Shown here: positions 16,231 to 34,100 of the stretch, piece by piece
How the letters are laid out: the number at the start of each line of letters is the position of its first letter
Numbering within the stretch: position 1 is the first letter of the stretch
Made by a program: the position numbers and the translations under genes
Source of the DNA: Eledone cirrhosa
Taxonomy: Eukaryota
NCBI GenBank assembly: GCA_964016885.1
Contig: OZ024741.1
Location: 265,918,001-265,982,000 of the forward strand
DNA length: 64,000 bases
Reading direction: 5' to 3'
Notes under the pieces: generated by a model
What the model was told of the DNA's origin: nothing
Databases searched by the model: none
Seen by the model: the letters and a program-made list of their open reading frames with translations, nothing else

Positions 16231-19200
16231 ACACAAAAAAACACTCTCACACACACAAACACTCTATCACACACAAACACCCTCTCATACACAAACACTC
16301 TCTCACACAAACACCCTCTCACACACAAACACTCTCACACACACAAACACTCTCTCACACACAAACACTCTCTCACACACAAACACTCTCTCACACACAA
16401 ACACTCTCTCACACACAAACACTCTCTCACACACAAACACTCTCTCACACACAAACCCTCTCTCACACATAAATACTCTCTCACACACAAACACTCTCTC
16501 ACACACAAACACTCTCTCATACACAAACACTCTCTCACATACAAACACTCTCTCACACACAAACACTCTTTCACACACAAACACTCTCTCACACACAAAC
16601 ACTCTCTCATACACAAACACTCTCTCACACACAAAAAGTCTCTCACACACAAAGACTCTCATACACAAACACACTCTCACACACAAACACTCTCTCACAC
16701 ATAAACACTCTCTCACACACAAACACTCTGATACACAAACACTCTCTCATACACAAACACTCTCACACACACAAACACACTCTCACACACAAACACTCTC
16801 TCACATACAAACACACTCTCATACAGAAACACTCTCTCACACACAAACACTCTCACACACACAAACACTCTCTCACACATAAACACCCTCTCATACACAA
16901 ACACTCTCTCATACACAAACACACTCCCACACACAAACACTCTCTAACACATAAACACTCTCTCACACACAAACACTCTCTCATACACAAACAATCACTC
17001 ACACACAAACACTCTCTCACACACAAACACCCTCTCACACACAAACACTGTCTCACACCCAAACACTCTGTCACACACAAATACTCTCTCACACACAAAC
17101 ACTCTCTCACACACAAACACCCTCTCACACACAAACACTTTCTCACACACAAGCACTCTCACACACACAAACAATCTCTCACACACAACCAATCTCTCAC
17201 ACACAAACACTCTCTCACACACAAACACTCTCTCACACACAAATACTCTCTCACACACAAACACTATCTCACACACAAACACACTCTCATACACAAACAC
17301 TCTCTCACACACAAACACTCTCACACACAAACACTTTCTCATACACAAACACTCTCTCACACACAAACACACTCTCACACACAAACACTCTCTCACACAC
17401 AAACACTCTCTCACATACAAACACTCTCACACACAAACACTTTCTCATACACAAACACTCTCTCACACACAAACACACTCTCACACATAAACACTCTCTC
17501 ACACTCAAACATTCTCTCACACACAAACACTCTCTACGCACAAACACTCTCTCACACACAAACACTCTCTCACACACAAATACTCTCTCACATACAAACA
17601 CTCTCTCACACAAAAAACACTCTCTCACACACAAACAATCTGTCACACACAACCAATCTGTCACACACAAACACTCTCTCACACACAAACACTCTCTCAC
17701 ACACAAACACTCTCTCACACAAAAACACTCTCTCACACACAAAAACACTCTCATACACAAACACTCTCTCACACACAAACACTCTCACACACAAACACTT
17801 TCTCATACACAAACACTCTCGCACACACAAACACACTCTCACACACAAACACTCTCTCACACACAAACACTCTCTCACAGAAACACTCTTTCACACACAA
17901 AGACTCTCTCACACAAATACTCTCCACACACAAACACTCTCTCACACACAAACACTCTCACACACAAACACTTTCTCATACACAAACACTCTCTCACACA
18001 CAAACACACTCTCACACATAAACACTCTCTCACACTCAAACATTCTCTCACACACAAACACTCTCTACGCACAAACACTCTCTCACACACAAACACTCTC
18101 TCACACACAAACACTCTCATACACAAACCCACTCTCAACCACAAACACTCTCTCACACCCAAACATTCTCTCACACACAAACACTCTCATACACAAACAC
18201 TCTCTCACACACAAACACTTTCTCACACACAAACACTCTCACACAGAAACACTCTCTCACACACAAACACTCTCACACACAAACACTCTCTCACACACAA
18301 ACACTTTCTCACGCACAAACACTTTCTCACACACAAACACTCTAACACACACAAACACTCTCTCACACACAAACACTTTCTCACACACAAACACTCTCTC
18401 TCACACAAACACTCTCTCACACACAAACACTCTCATACCCAAACACTCTCTCACACACAAACACTCTCTCACACACAAACACTCTCTCACACACAAACAC
18501 TCTCTCACACACAAACACTCTCATACCCAAACACTCTCTCACACACAAACACTCTCTCACACACAAACACTCTCTCACACACAAACACTCTCATACACAA
18601 ACACTCTCTCACACACAAACACTCTCTCACACACAAACACTCTCTCACACACAAACACTCTCATACACAAACACTCTCTCACACACAAACACTCTCACAC
18701 ACAAACACTCTCTCTCACACAAACACTCTCTCACACACAAACACTCTCACACACAAACACTCTCTCTTACACAAACACTCTCTCACACACAAACACTCTC
18801 ATACCCAAACACACTCTAACACACAAACCCTCTCTCACACAAACACTCGCTCACACACAAACACTTTCTCACACACAAACACTATCTCACACACAAAAAC
18901 TCTCTCACACACACACTCTCTCAAACACAAACACTCTCTCACACACAAACACTCTCTCACACACAAACACTCTCTCACACACAAACACTCTCATACACAA
19001 ACCCACTCTCACACCCAAACACTCTCTCACACTCAAACATTCTCTCACACACAAACACTCTCTACACACAAACACTCTCTCACACACAAACACTCTCTCA
19101 CACACAAACACTCTCATACACAAACCCACACTCACACCCAAACACTCTCTCACACACAAACACTCTCTCACACACAAACACTCTCATACACAAACCCACT

Positions 19201-20494
19201 CTCACACCCAAACACTCTTTCACACACAAACACTCTCTTCCACACAAACACTCTCATACACAAACCCACTATCACACCCAAACACTCTCTCACACCCAAA
19301 CACTCTCTCACACACAAACACTCTCTGATACACAAACACTCTCTCACACACAAGCACTCTCTCACACACAAACACTCTCATACACAAACACACTCTCACA
19401 CCCAAACAATCTCTCACACACAAACACTCTCTCACACACAAACACGCTCTCATACACAAACACACTCTCACACGCAAACACTCTCTCACACATAAACACT
19501 CTCTCACACACAAACACTCTCATACACAATCACTTTCTCATACACAAACACTCTCTCACAAACAAACACTCTCTCACACACAAATACTCTCTCACACACA
19601 AACACTCTGTTACACACAAACACCCTCTCTCACACACAAACACTCTCTCACACACAAATACTCTCTCACTTATAAACACTCTCTCACACACAAACACCCT
19701 CTCTCACACAAACACTCTATCACACCCAAACACTCTCTCACACACAAATACTCTCTCACATACAAACACACTCTCACACACAAACACCCTCTCTCACACA
19801 AACACTCTCTCACACCCAAACACTCTCTCACACACAAATACTCTCTCACACACAAACACTCTCACACACAAACAGTCTCTCACACACAAACACACTCTCA
19901 CACACAAACACTCTCACACACACAAACACTCTCTCACACACAAACACTCTCTCACACACAAATACCTTCTCATACACAAAACACTCTCTCACACACAAAC
20001 ACTCTCTCACACACAAACACTCTCTACACACAAACACTCTCTACACACAAACACTCTCTCACACACAAACACTCTCTCACACACAAACACTCTCTCACAT
20101 ACAAACACTCTCTCACATACAAACACTCTCTCACACACAAACACTCTCTACACACAAACACTCTCTCACACACAAACACTCTCTCACACACAAACACACT
20201 CTCACACACAAACACTCTCACACACACAAACACTCTCTCACACACAAACACTCTCTCACACACAAATACCTTCTCATACACAAACACTCTCTCATACACA
20301 AACACACTCACACACAAACACCCTCTCTACACACAAACACTATCTCACACACAAACACTCTCTCACACACAAACACTCTCTCACACAAACGCTCTTTCAT
20401 ACACAAAGGCTCTTTCACACACAAACACTCTCTCACACAAACACTCTCTCACACACAAACACTCTCTCACACACAAACACTCTCATACACAAAC

Positions 20495-22080
20495 ACTCTC
20501 ACACACAAACATTCTCTCACACACAAACACTCTCTCACACACAAACACTCTCTCACACACAACCACTCTCTCACATACAAACACTCTCTCACACACAAAC
20601 ACTCTCTCACACACAAACACTCTCTCACACACAAACACTCTCTCACACACAAACACTCTCTCACACACAAACACTATCTCACACACAAACACTCTCATAC
20701 ACAAACACTCTCACACCCAAACATTCTCTCACACACAAACACTCTCTCACACACAAACACTCTCTCACACACAAACACTCTCATACACAAACACTCTCAT
20801 ACACAAACACTCTCTCACACACAAACACTCTCTCACACACAAACACTATCTCACACACAAACACCCTCTCACACACAAACACTCTCATACACAAACACTC
20901 TCACACTCAAACATTCTCTCACACACAAACACTCTCTCACACACAAACACTCTCTCTCACACAAACACTCTCACGCACAAACACTCTCTCACACACAAAC
21001 ACAATCTCACACACAAACACCCTCTCACACACAAACACTCTCATACACAAACACTCTCACACTCAAACATTCTCTCACACACAAACACTCTCTCACACAC
21101 AAACACTCTCTCACACACAAACACTATCTCACACACAAACACCCTCTCACACACAAACACTCTCATACACAAACACTCTCACACTCAAACATTCTCTCAC
21201 ACACAAACACTCTCTCACACACAAACACTCTCTCACACACAAACACTCTCTCACACACAAACACTTTCTCACACACAAAAACTCTCTCACACACAAACAC
21301 TCTCTCACACACAAACACTCTCTCACACACAAACACTCTCTCACACACAAACACTCTCTCACACACAAACATTCTCTCACACACAAACACTCTCTCACAC
21401 ACAAACACTCTCTCACACACAACCACTCTCTCACATACAAACACTCTCTCACACACAAACACTCTCTCACACACAAACACTCTCTCACACACAAACACTC
21501 TCTCACACACAAACACTCTCTCACACACAAACACTATCTCACACACAAACACTCTCATACACAAACACTCTCACACCCAAACATTCTCTCACACACAAAC
21601 ACTCTCTCACACACAAACACTCTCTCACACACAAACACTCTCATACACAAACACTCTCATACACAAACACTCTCTCACACACAAACACTCTCTCACACAC
21701 AAACACTATCTCACACAAACACCCTCTCACACACAAACACTCTCATACACAAACACTCTCACACTCAAACATTCTCTCACACACAAACACTCTCTCACAC
21801 ACAAACACTCTCTCTCACACAAACACTCTCACACACAAACACTCTCTCACACACAAACACAATCTCACACACAAACACCCTCTCACACACAAACACTCTC
21901 ATACACAAACACTCTCACACTCAAACATTCTCTCACACACAAACACTCTCTCACACACAAACACTCTCTCACACACAAACACTATCTCACACACAAACAC
22001 CCTCTCACACACAAACACTCTCATACACAAACACTCTCACACTCAAACATTCTCTCACACACAAACACTCTCTCACACAC
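20495..22080 (+). repeat. 860-bp tandem duplication
   Basis: AACCACTCTCTCACATAC at 20561 and 21421. ORF right-hand coordinates 20670/21530 and 20704/21564 also differ by 860. Confidence 0.82.
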
Positions 22081-22639
22081 AAACACTCTCTCACACAGAA
22101 ACACTCTCTCACACACAAACACTTTCTCACACACAAAAACTCTCTCACACACAAACACTCTCTCACACACAAACACTCTCTCACACACAAACACTTTCTC
22201 ACACACAAAAACTCTCTCACACACAAACACTCTCTCACACACAAACACACTCATACACGAACACACTCTCACACCCAAACACTCTCATACACAAACACTC
22301 TCTCACACACAAACACTCTCATACACAAACACACTCTCAAACCCAAACACTCTCTCACACACAAACACTCTCATACACAAACACTCTCTCATACACAAAC
22401 ACTCTCTCACACACAAACACTTTCTCACACAGAAACACACTCTCACACACAAACACTCTCTCACACACAAACACTCTCTCACACACAAACACTCTCTCAC
22501 ACACAAACACTCTCACACACAAACACACTCTGTCACACCCAAACACTCTCTCACACACAGACACTCTCTCATACACAAACACTCTCTCACACACAAACAC
22601 TCTCTCACACACAAACAGTCTCACACACAAACACTCTCT

Positions 22640-25600
22640 CACACACAAACACACTCTCACACCCAAACATTCTCTCACACACAAACACTCTCTCACACAC
22701 AAACACTCTCTCACACACAAACACTTTCTCACGCACAAACACTTTCTCATACACAAACAATCTCTCACACAGAAACACTCTCTCACACACAAACACTCTC
22801 TCACACACAAACACTCTCATACACAAACACTCTCTCATACACAAACACTCTCTCACACACAAATACTCTCTCACACACAAACACTCTCTCACACACAAAT
22901 ACTCTCTCACACCGGAACACTCTCTCACACCCAAACACTCTCTCACACACAAACACTCTCTCATACACAAACACTCTCTCACACCCAAACACTCTCTCAC
23001 ACACAAACACTCTCTCACACACAAACACACTCTCACACACAAACACTCTCACACACACAAACACACTCTCACACAGAAACACTCTCACACATACAAACAC
23101 TCTCTCACACACAAACACTCTCTCACACACACAAACACACTCTCACACACAAACACCCTCTCACACACAAACACTCTCACACAGACAAACACACTCTCAC
23201 ACACAAACACTCTCTCACACACAAACACTCTCTCACACACAAACACTCTCTCATACACAAACACTCTCTCACACACAAAGACACTCACACACAAACACCC
23301 TCTCACACACAAACACTCTCTCACACACAAACACTCTCTACACACAAATACTCTCTCACACACAAACACTCTCTCACTCACAAACACTCTCTCACACACA
23401 AACACTCTCACACACAAACACTCTCTCACACACAAACACTCTCTCACACACAAACACTCTCTCACACACAAACACTATCTCACACACAAACACTCTCTCA
23501 CACAAACACACTCTCACACCCAAACATTCTCTCACACACAAACACTCTCATACACAAACACTCTCTCACCCACAAACACTCTCTCACACACAAACACTTT
23601 CTCACACACAAACACTCTCTCACACACAAACACTTTCTCACACACAAACACTCTCACACACAAACACTCTCTCACACACAAACACTATCATACACAAACA
23701 CTCTCTCACACACAAACACTCTCTCACACACAAACAGTCTCACACACAAACACTCTCTCACATACAAACACTCTCTCACACACAAACACTATCTCACACA
23801 CAAACAGTCTCACACACAAACACTCTCTCACACACAAACACTCTCTCACACACAAACACTCTCTCACACACAAACATTCTCTCACACACAAACACTTTCT
23901 CACACACAAACACTCTCTCTCACACAAACACTCTCTCACACACAAACACTCTCATACCCAAACACTCTCTCACACACAAACACTCTCTCACAAACAAACA
24001 CTCTCTCACACACAAACACTCTCATACACAAACACTCTCTCACACACAAACACTCTCTCACACACAAACACTATCTCACACACAAACAGTCTCACACACA
24101 AACACTCTCTCACACACAAACACTTTCTCACGCACAAACACTTTCTCACACACAAACACTCTCACACACAAACACTCTCTCTCACACAAACACTCTCTCA
24201 GACACAAACACTCTCACACACAAACACTCTCTCACACACAAACACTCTCATACCCAAACACACTCTCACACACAAACACTCTCTCACACACAAACACTAT
24301 CTCACACACAAACACTCTCTCACACACAAACACTCTCTCACACACAAACACTCTCTCACACACAAACACTCTCATACACAAACACTCTCTCACACAAAAA
24401 CACACTCTCACACTCAAACACTCTCACACACAAACATTCTCTTACACACAAACACTCTCATACACAAACACTCTCTCACACACAAACACTCTCTCACACA
24501 CAAACACTCTCTCACACACACACTTTCTCAAACACAAACACTCTCTCACACACAAACACTCTCTCACACACAAACACTCTCTCACACACAAACACTCTCA
24601 TCCACAAACCCACTCTCACACCCAAACACTCTCTCACACTCAAACATTCTCTCACACACAAACACTCTCTACACACAAACACTCTCTCACACACAAACAC
24701 TCTCTCACACACAAACACTCTCATACACAAACCCACTCTCCCACCCAAACACTCTCTCAGACACAAACATTCTCTCACACACAAACACTCTCTCACACAC
24801 AAACACTCTCTCACACACAAACACTCTCATACACAAACCCACTTTCACACACAAACACTCTCTCACACACAAACACTCTCTCACACACAAACACACTCTC
24901 ACACACAAACACTCTCACACACACAAACACTCTCTCACACACAAACACTCTCTCACACACAAATACCTTCTCATACACAAACACTCTCTCATACACAAAC
25001 ACACTCACACACAAACACCCTCTCACACACAAACACTCTCTCACACACAAACACTCTCTACACACAAACATTCTCTCACACACAACCACTCTCTCACATA
25101 CAAACACTCTCTCACACACAAACACTATCTCACACACAAACACTCTCTCACACACAAACACTCTCTCACACAAACACTCTTTCATACACAAAGGCTCTCT
25201 CACACACAAACACTCTCTCACACAAACACTCTCTCACACACAAACACTCTCTCACACACAAACACTCTCATACACAAACACTCTCACACACAAACATTCT
25301 CTCACACACAAACACTCTCTCACACACAAACACTCTCTCACACACAACCACTCTCTCACATACAAACACTCTCTCACACACAAACACTCTCTCACACCCA
25401 AACATTCTCTCACACACAAACACTCTCTCACACACAAACACTCTCTCACACACAAACACTTTCTCACGCACAAACACTTTCTCATACACAAACAACCTCT
25501 CACACAGAAACACTCTCTCACACACAAACACTCTCTCACACACAAACACTCTCATACACAAACACTCTCTCATACACAAACACTCTCTCACACACAAATA

Positions 25601-28150
25601 CTCTCTCACACACAAACACTCTCTCACACACAAATACTCTCTCACACCGGAACACTCTCTCACACCCAAACATTCTCTCACACACAAACACTCTCTCATA
25701 CACAAACACTCTCTCACACCCAAACACTCTCTCACCCACAAACACTCTCTCACACACAAACACACTCTCACACACAAACACTCTCACACACACAAACACA
25801 CTCTCACACAGAAACACTCTCACACATACAAACACTCTCTCACACACAAACACTCTCTCACACACACAAACACACTCTCACACACAAACACCCTCTCACA
25901 CACAAACACTCTCACACAGACAAACACACTCTCACACACAAACACTCTCTCACACACAAACACTCTCTCACACACAAACACTCTCTCATACACAAACACT
26001 CTCTCACACACAAAGACACTCACACACAAACACCCTCTCACACACAAACACTCTCTCACACACAAACACTCTCTACACACAAATACTCTCTCACACACAA
26101 ACACTCTCTCACTCACAAACACTCTCTCACACACAAACACTCTCACACACAAACACTCTCTCACACACAAACACTCTCTCACACACAAACACTCTCTCAC
26201 ACACAAACACTATCTCACACACAAACACTCTCTCACACAAACACACTCTCACACCCAAACATTCTCTCACACACAAACACTCTCATACACAAACACTCTC
26301 TCACCCACAAACACTCTCTCACACACAAACACTTTCTCACACACAAACACTCTCTCACACACAAACACTTTCTCACACACAAACACTCTCACACACAAAC
26401 ACTCTCTCACACACAAACACTATCATACACAAACACTCTCTCACACACAAACACTCTCTCACACACAAACAGTCTCACACACAAACACTCTCTCACATAC
26501 AAACACTCTCTCACACACAAACACTATCTCACACACAAACAGTCTCACACACAAACACTCTCTCACACACAAACACTCTCTCACACACAAACATTCTCTC
26601 ACACACAAACACTTTCTCACACACAAACACTCTCTCTCACACAAACACTCTCTCACACACAAACACTCTCATACCCAAACACTCTCTCACACACAAACAC
26701 TCTCATACACAAACACTCTCTCACACACAAACACTCTCTCACACACAAACACTATCTCACACACAAACAGTCTCACACACAAACACTCTCTCACACACAA
26801 ACACACTCTCACACCCAAACATTCTCTCACACACAAACACTCTCATACACAAACACTCTCTCACACACAAACACTTTCTCACGCACAAACACTTTCTCAC
26901 ACACAAACACTCTCACACACAAACACTCTCTCTCACACAAACACTCTCTCACACACAAACACTCTCACACACAAACACTCTCTCACACACAAACACTCTC
27001 ATACCCAAACACACTCTCACACACAAACACTCTCTCACACACAAACACTATCTCACACACAAACACTCTCTCACACACAAACACTCTCTCACACACAAAC
27101 ACTCTCTCACACACAAACACTCTCATACACAAACACTCTCTCACACAAAAACACCCTCTCACACTCAAACACTCTCACACCCAAACATTCTCTTACACAC
27201 AAACACTCTCATACACAAACACTCTCTCACACACAAACACTCTCTCACACACAAACACTCTCTCACACACACACTTTCTCAAACACAAACACTCTCTCAC
27301 ACACAAACACTCTCTCACACACAAACACTCTCTCACACACAAACACTCTCATCCACAAACCCACTCTCACACCCAAACACTCTCTCACACTCAAACATTC
27401 TCTCACACACAAACACTCTCTACACACAAACACTCTCTCACACACAAACACTCTCTCACACACAAACACTCTCATACACAAACCCACTCTCACACCCAAA
27501 CACTCTCTCAGACACAAACATTCTCTCACACACAAACACTCTCTCACACACAAACACTCTCTCACACACAAACACTCTCATACACAAACCCACTTTCACA
27601 CACAAACACTCTCTCACACACAAACACTCTCTCACACACAAACACACTCTCACACACAAACACTCTCACACACACAAACACTCTCTCACACACAAACACT
27701 CTCTCACACACAAATACCTTCTCATACACAAACACTCTCTCATACACAAACACACTCACACACAAACACCCTCTCACACACAAACACTCTCTCACACACA
27801 ATCACTCTCTACACACAAACATTCTCTCACACACAACCACTCTCTCACATACAAACACTCTCTCACACACAAACACTATCTCACACACAAACACTCTCTC
27901 ACACACAAACACTCTCTCACACAAACACTCTTTCATACACAAAGGCTCTCTCACACACAAACACTCTCTCACACAAACACTCTCTCACACACAAACACTC
28001 TCTCACACACAAACACTCTCATACACAAACACTCTCACACACAAACATTCTCTCACACACAAACACTCTCTCACACACAAACACTCTCTCACACACAACC
28101 ACTCTCTCACATACAAACACTCTCTCACACACAAACACTCTCTCACACAC
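22640..28150 (+). repeat. ~2.74-kb higher-order duplication (offsets 2735 then 2751)
   Basis: CCGG 22912->25647 (+2735); the GG of AAAGGCTC 25193->27944 (+2751); near-identical ORF pairs 22801/25536, 23085/25820, 24512/27263, 24705/27456. Confidence 0.92.
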
Positions 28151-28829
28151 AAACACTCTCTCACACACAAACACTCTGTCACACACAAACACTCTCTCAC
28201 ACACAAACACTATCTCACACACAAACACTCTCATACACAAACACTCTCACACCCAAACATTCTCTCACACACAAACACTCTCTCAGACACAAACACTCTC
28301 TCACACACAAACACTCTCATACACAAACACTCTCATACACAAACACTCTCTCACACACAAACACTCTCTCACACACAAACACTATCTCACACACAAACAC
28401 CCTCTCACACACAAACACTCTCATACACAAACACTCTCACACTCAAACATTCTCTCACACACAAACACTCTCTCACACACAACCACTCTCTCTCACACAA
28501 ACACTCTCACACACAAACACTCTCTCACACACAAACACTATCTCACACACAAACACCCTCTCACACACAAACACTCTCATACACAAACACTCTCACACTC
28601 AAACATTCTCTCACACACAAACACTCTCTCACACACAAACACTCTCTCACACACAAACACTCTCTCACACACAAACACTTTCTCACACACAAAAACTCTC
28701 TCACACACAAACACTCTCTCACACACAAACACTCTCTCACACACAAACACTTTCTCACACACAAAAACTCTCTCACACACAAACACTCTCTCACACACAA
28801 ACACACTCTCATACACAAACACTCTCTCA

Positions 28830-30360
28830 CACACAAACACTCTCATACACGAACACACTCTCACACCCAAACACTCTCATACACAAACACTCTCTCACAC
28901 ACAAACACTCTCATACACAAACACACTCTCAAACCCAAACACTCTCTCACGCACAAACACTCTCATACACAAACACTCTCTCATACACAAACACTCTCTC
29001 ACACACAAACACTTTCTCACACAGAAACACACTCTCACACACAAACACTCTCTCACACACAAACACTCTCTCACACACAAACACTCTCTCACACACAAAC
29101 ACTCTCACACACAAACACACTCTCACACCCAAACACTCTCTCACACACAGACACTCTCTCATACATAAACACTCTCTCACACACAAACACTCTCTCACAC
29201 ACAAACAGTCTCACACACAAACACTCTCTCACACACAAACACACTCTCACACCCAAACATTCTCTCACACACAAACACTCTCTCACACACAAACACTCTC
29301 TCACACACAAACACTTTCTCACGCACAAACACTTTCTCATACACAAACAATCTCTCACACAGAAACACTCTCTCACACACAAACACTCTCTCACACACAA
29401 ACACTCTCATACACAAACACTCTCTCATACACAAACACTCTCTCACACACAAATACTCTCTCACACACAAACACTCTCTCACACACAAATACTCTCTCAC
29501 ACCGGAACACTCTCTCACACCCAAACACTCTCTCACACACAAACACTCTCTCATACACAAACACTCTCTCACACCCAAACACTCTCATACACAAACACTC
29601 TCTCACACACAAACACACTCATACACGAACACACTCTCACACCCAAACACTCTCATACACAAACACTCTCTCACACACAAACACTCTCATACACAAACAC
29701 ACTCTCAAACCCAAACACTCTCTCACACACAAACACTCTCATACACAAACACTCTCTCATACACTAACACTCTCTCACACACAAACACTTTCTCACACAG
29801 AAACACACTCTCACACACAAACACTCTCTCACACACAAACACTCTCTCACACACAAACACTCTCTCACACACAAACACTCTCACACACAAACTCACTCTC
29901 ACACCCAAACACTCTCTCACACACAGACACTCTCTCATACACAAACACTCTCTCACACACAAACACTCTCTCACACACAAACAGTCTCACACACAAACAC
30001 TCTCTCACACACAAACACACTCTCACACCCAAACATTCTCTCACACACAAACACTCTCTCACACACAAACACTCTCTCACACACAAACACTTTCTCACGC
30101 ACAAACACTTTCTCATACACAAACAATCTCTCACACAGAAACACTCTCTCACACACAAACACTCTCTCACACACAAACACTCTCATACACAAACACTCTC
30201 TCATACACAAACACTCTCTCACACACAAATACTCTCTCACACACAAACACTCTCTCACACACAAATACTCTCTCACACCGGAACACTCTCTCACACCCAA
30301 ACACTCTCTCACACACAAACACTCTCTCATACACAAACACTCTCTCACACCCAAACACTC
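28830..30360 (+). repeat. 776-bp tandem duplication
   Basis: CCGG 29502->30278; ORF pairs 28947/29723, 29089/29865, 29195/29971, 29391/30167 are all +776. Confidence 0.9.
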
Positions 30361-31199
30361 TCTCACACACAAACACTCTCTCACACACAAACACACTCTC
30401 ACACACAAACACTCTCACACACACAAACACACTCTCACACAGAAACACTCTCACACATACAAACACTCTCTCACACACAAACACTCTCTCACACACACAA
30501 ACACACTCTCACACACAAACACCCTCTCACACACAAACACTCTCACACAGACAAACACACTCTCACACACAAACACTCTCTCACACACAAACACTCTCTC
30601 ACACACAAACACTCTCTCATACACAAACACTCTCTCACACACAAAGACACTCACACACAAACACCCTCTCACACACAAACACTCTCTCACACACAAACAC
30701 TCTCTACACACAAATACTCTCTCACACACAAACACTCTCTCACTCACAAACACTCTCTCACACACAAACACTATCTCACACACAAACACTCTCTCACAAA
30801 AACACACTCTCACACCCAAACATTCTCTCACACACAAACACTCTCATACACAAACACTCTCTCACCCACAAACACTCTCTCACACACAAACACTTTCTCA
30901 CACACAAACACTCTCTCACACACAAACACTTTCTCACACACAAACACTCTCACACACAAACACTATCATACACAAACACTCTCTCACACACAAACACTCT
31001 CTCACACACAAACAGTCTCACCAACAAACACTCTCTCACATACAAACACTCTCTCACACACAAACACTATCTCACACACAAACAGTCTCACACACAAACA
31101 CTCTCTCACACACAAACACTCTCTCACACACAAACACTTTCTCACGCACAAACACTTTCTCATACACAAACAATCTCTCACACAGAAACACTCTCTCAC

Positions 31200-34100
31200 A
31201 CACAAACACTCTCTCACACACAAACACTCTCATACACAAACACTCTCACACCCAAGCATTCTCTCACACACAAACACCGTCTCACACACAAACACTTTCT
31301 CACACACAAACACTCTCTCACACACAAACACTCTCTCACACACAAACACTCTCTCACACACAAACACTTTCTCACACACAAACACTCTCTCACAAACAAA
31401 CACTCTCTCACACACAAACACTCTCATACACAAACACTCTCTCACACACAAACACTCTCTCACACACAAACACTATCTCACACACAAACAGTCTCACACA
31501 CAAACACTCTCTCACACACAAACACACTCTCACACCCAAACATTCTCTCACACACAAACACTCTCATACACAAACACTCTCTCACACACAAACACTTTCT
31601 CATGCACAAACACTTTCTCACACACAAACACTCTCACACACAAACACTCTCTCTCACACAAACACTCTCTCACACACAAACACTCTCACACACAAACACT
31701 CTCTCTCACACAAACACTCTCTCACACACAAACACTCTCTCACACACAAACACTCTCTCACACACAAACACTCTCATACACAAACACTCTCTCACACAAA
31801 AACACACTCTCACACACAAACACTCTCACACCCAAACATTCTCTTACACACAAACACTCTCATACACAAACACTCTCTCACACACAAACACTCTCTCACA
31901 CACAAACACTCTCTCACACATACACTCTCTCAAACACAAACACTCTCTCACACACAAACACTCTCTCACACACAAACACTCTCTCACACACAAACACTCT
32001 CATCCACAAACCCACTCTCACACCCAAACACTCTCTCAGACACAAACATTCTCTCACACACAAACACTCTCTCACACACAAACACTCTCTCACACACAAA
32101 CACTCTCATACACAAACCCACTTTCACACACAAACACTCTCTCACACACAAACACTATCTCACACACAAACACCCTCTCACACACAAACACTCTCATACA
32201 CAAACACTCTCACACTCAAACATTCTCTCACACACAAACACTATCTCACACACAAGCACCCTCTCACACACAAACACTCTCATACACAAACACTCTCACA
32301 CTCAAACATTCTCTCACACACAAACACTCTCTCACACACAAACACTCTCATACACAAACACTCTCTCACACACAAACACTCTCTCACACACAAACACTCT
32401 CAAACACAAACACTCTCTCACACACAAACACTCTCTCACTCACAAACACTCTCATACACAAACACTTTCTCACACACAAAAACTCTCTCACACACAAACA
32501 CTCTCTCACACACAAACACTCTCACACACAAACACTTTCTCACACACAAAAACTCTCTCACACACAAACACTCTGTCACACACAAACACACTCTCATACA
32601 CAAACACTCTCTCACACACAAACACTCTCATACACAAACACACTCTCAAACCCAAACACTCTCTCACACACAAACACTCTCTCACACACAAACACACTCT
32701 CACACACAAACACTCTCTCACACACAAACACTCTCTCACACACAAACACTCTCATACACAAACACTCTCTCACACACAAACACTCTCTCACACACAAACA
32801 CTCTCATACACAAACACTTTCTCACACACAAAAACTCTCTCACACACAAACACTTTCTCACACACAAACACACTCTCACACACAAACACTCTCTCACACA
32901 CAAACACTCTCATACACAAACACTCTCTCACACACAAAAACTTTCTCACACACAAACACTCTCATACACAAACACACTCTCAAACCCAAACACTCTCTCA
33001 CACACAAACACTCTCTCACACACAAACACTCTCACACACAAACACTTTCTCACACACATAAACTCTCTCACACACAAACACTCTGTCACACACAAACACA
33101 CTCTCATACACAAACACTCTCTCACACACAAACACTCTCATACACAAACACACTCTCAAACCCAAACACTCTCTCCCACACAAACACTCTCTCACACACA
33201 AACACACTCTCACACACAAACACTCTCTCACACACAAACACTCTCATACACAAACACTCTCTCACACACAAACACTCTCTCACACACAAACACTCTCATA
33301 CACAAACACTTTCTCACACACAAAAACTCTCTCACACAGAAACACTTTCTCAAACACAAACACACTCTCACACACAAACACTCTCTCACACACAAAAACT
33401 CTCTCACACACAAACACTCTGTCACACACAAACACACTCTCATACACAAACACTCTCTCACACAAAAACACTCTCGTACACAAACACACTCTCAAACCCA
33501 AACGCTCTCTCACACACAAACACTCTCTCACACACAAACACTCTCATACACAAACACTTTCTCGCACACAAAAACTCTCTCACACACAAACACTTTCTCA
33601 CACACAAACACACTCTCACACACAAACACTCTCACACACAAACACTCTGTCACACACAAACACTCTCTCACACACAAACACTCTCATACACGAACACACT
33701 CTCACACCCAAACACTCTCATACACAAACACACTCACACACACACACTCTCTCACACACAAACATTCTCATACACGAACACACTCTCACACCCAAACACT
33801 CTCATACACAAACACTCTCACACACAAACACTCTCTCACACACAAACACTCTCATACACAAACACACTCTCACACCCAAACACTCTCTCACACACAAACA
33901 CTCTCTCACACACAAACACTCTCATACACAAACACACTCTCACACCCAAGCATTCTCTCACACACAAACACCGTCTCACACACAAACACTTTCTCACACA
34001 CAAACACTCTCTCACACACAAACACTCTCTCACACACAAACACTCTCTCACACACAAACACTTTCTCACACACAAACACTCTCTCACAAACAAACACTCT

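Noticed and set aside
14930-16245. A6-A7 runs (~14936, 16053, 16235) as retro-insertion tails
   Set aside because: They are C->A variants of CACAAA within monomers of normal length; two of them are copies of each other at +1117.
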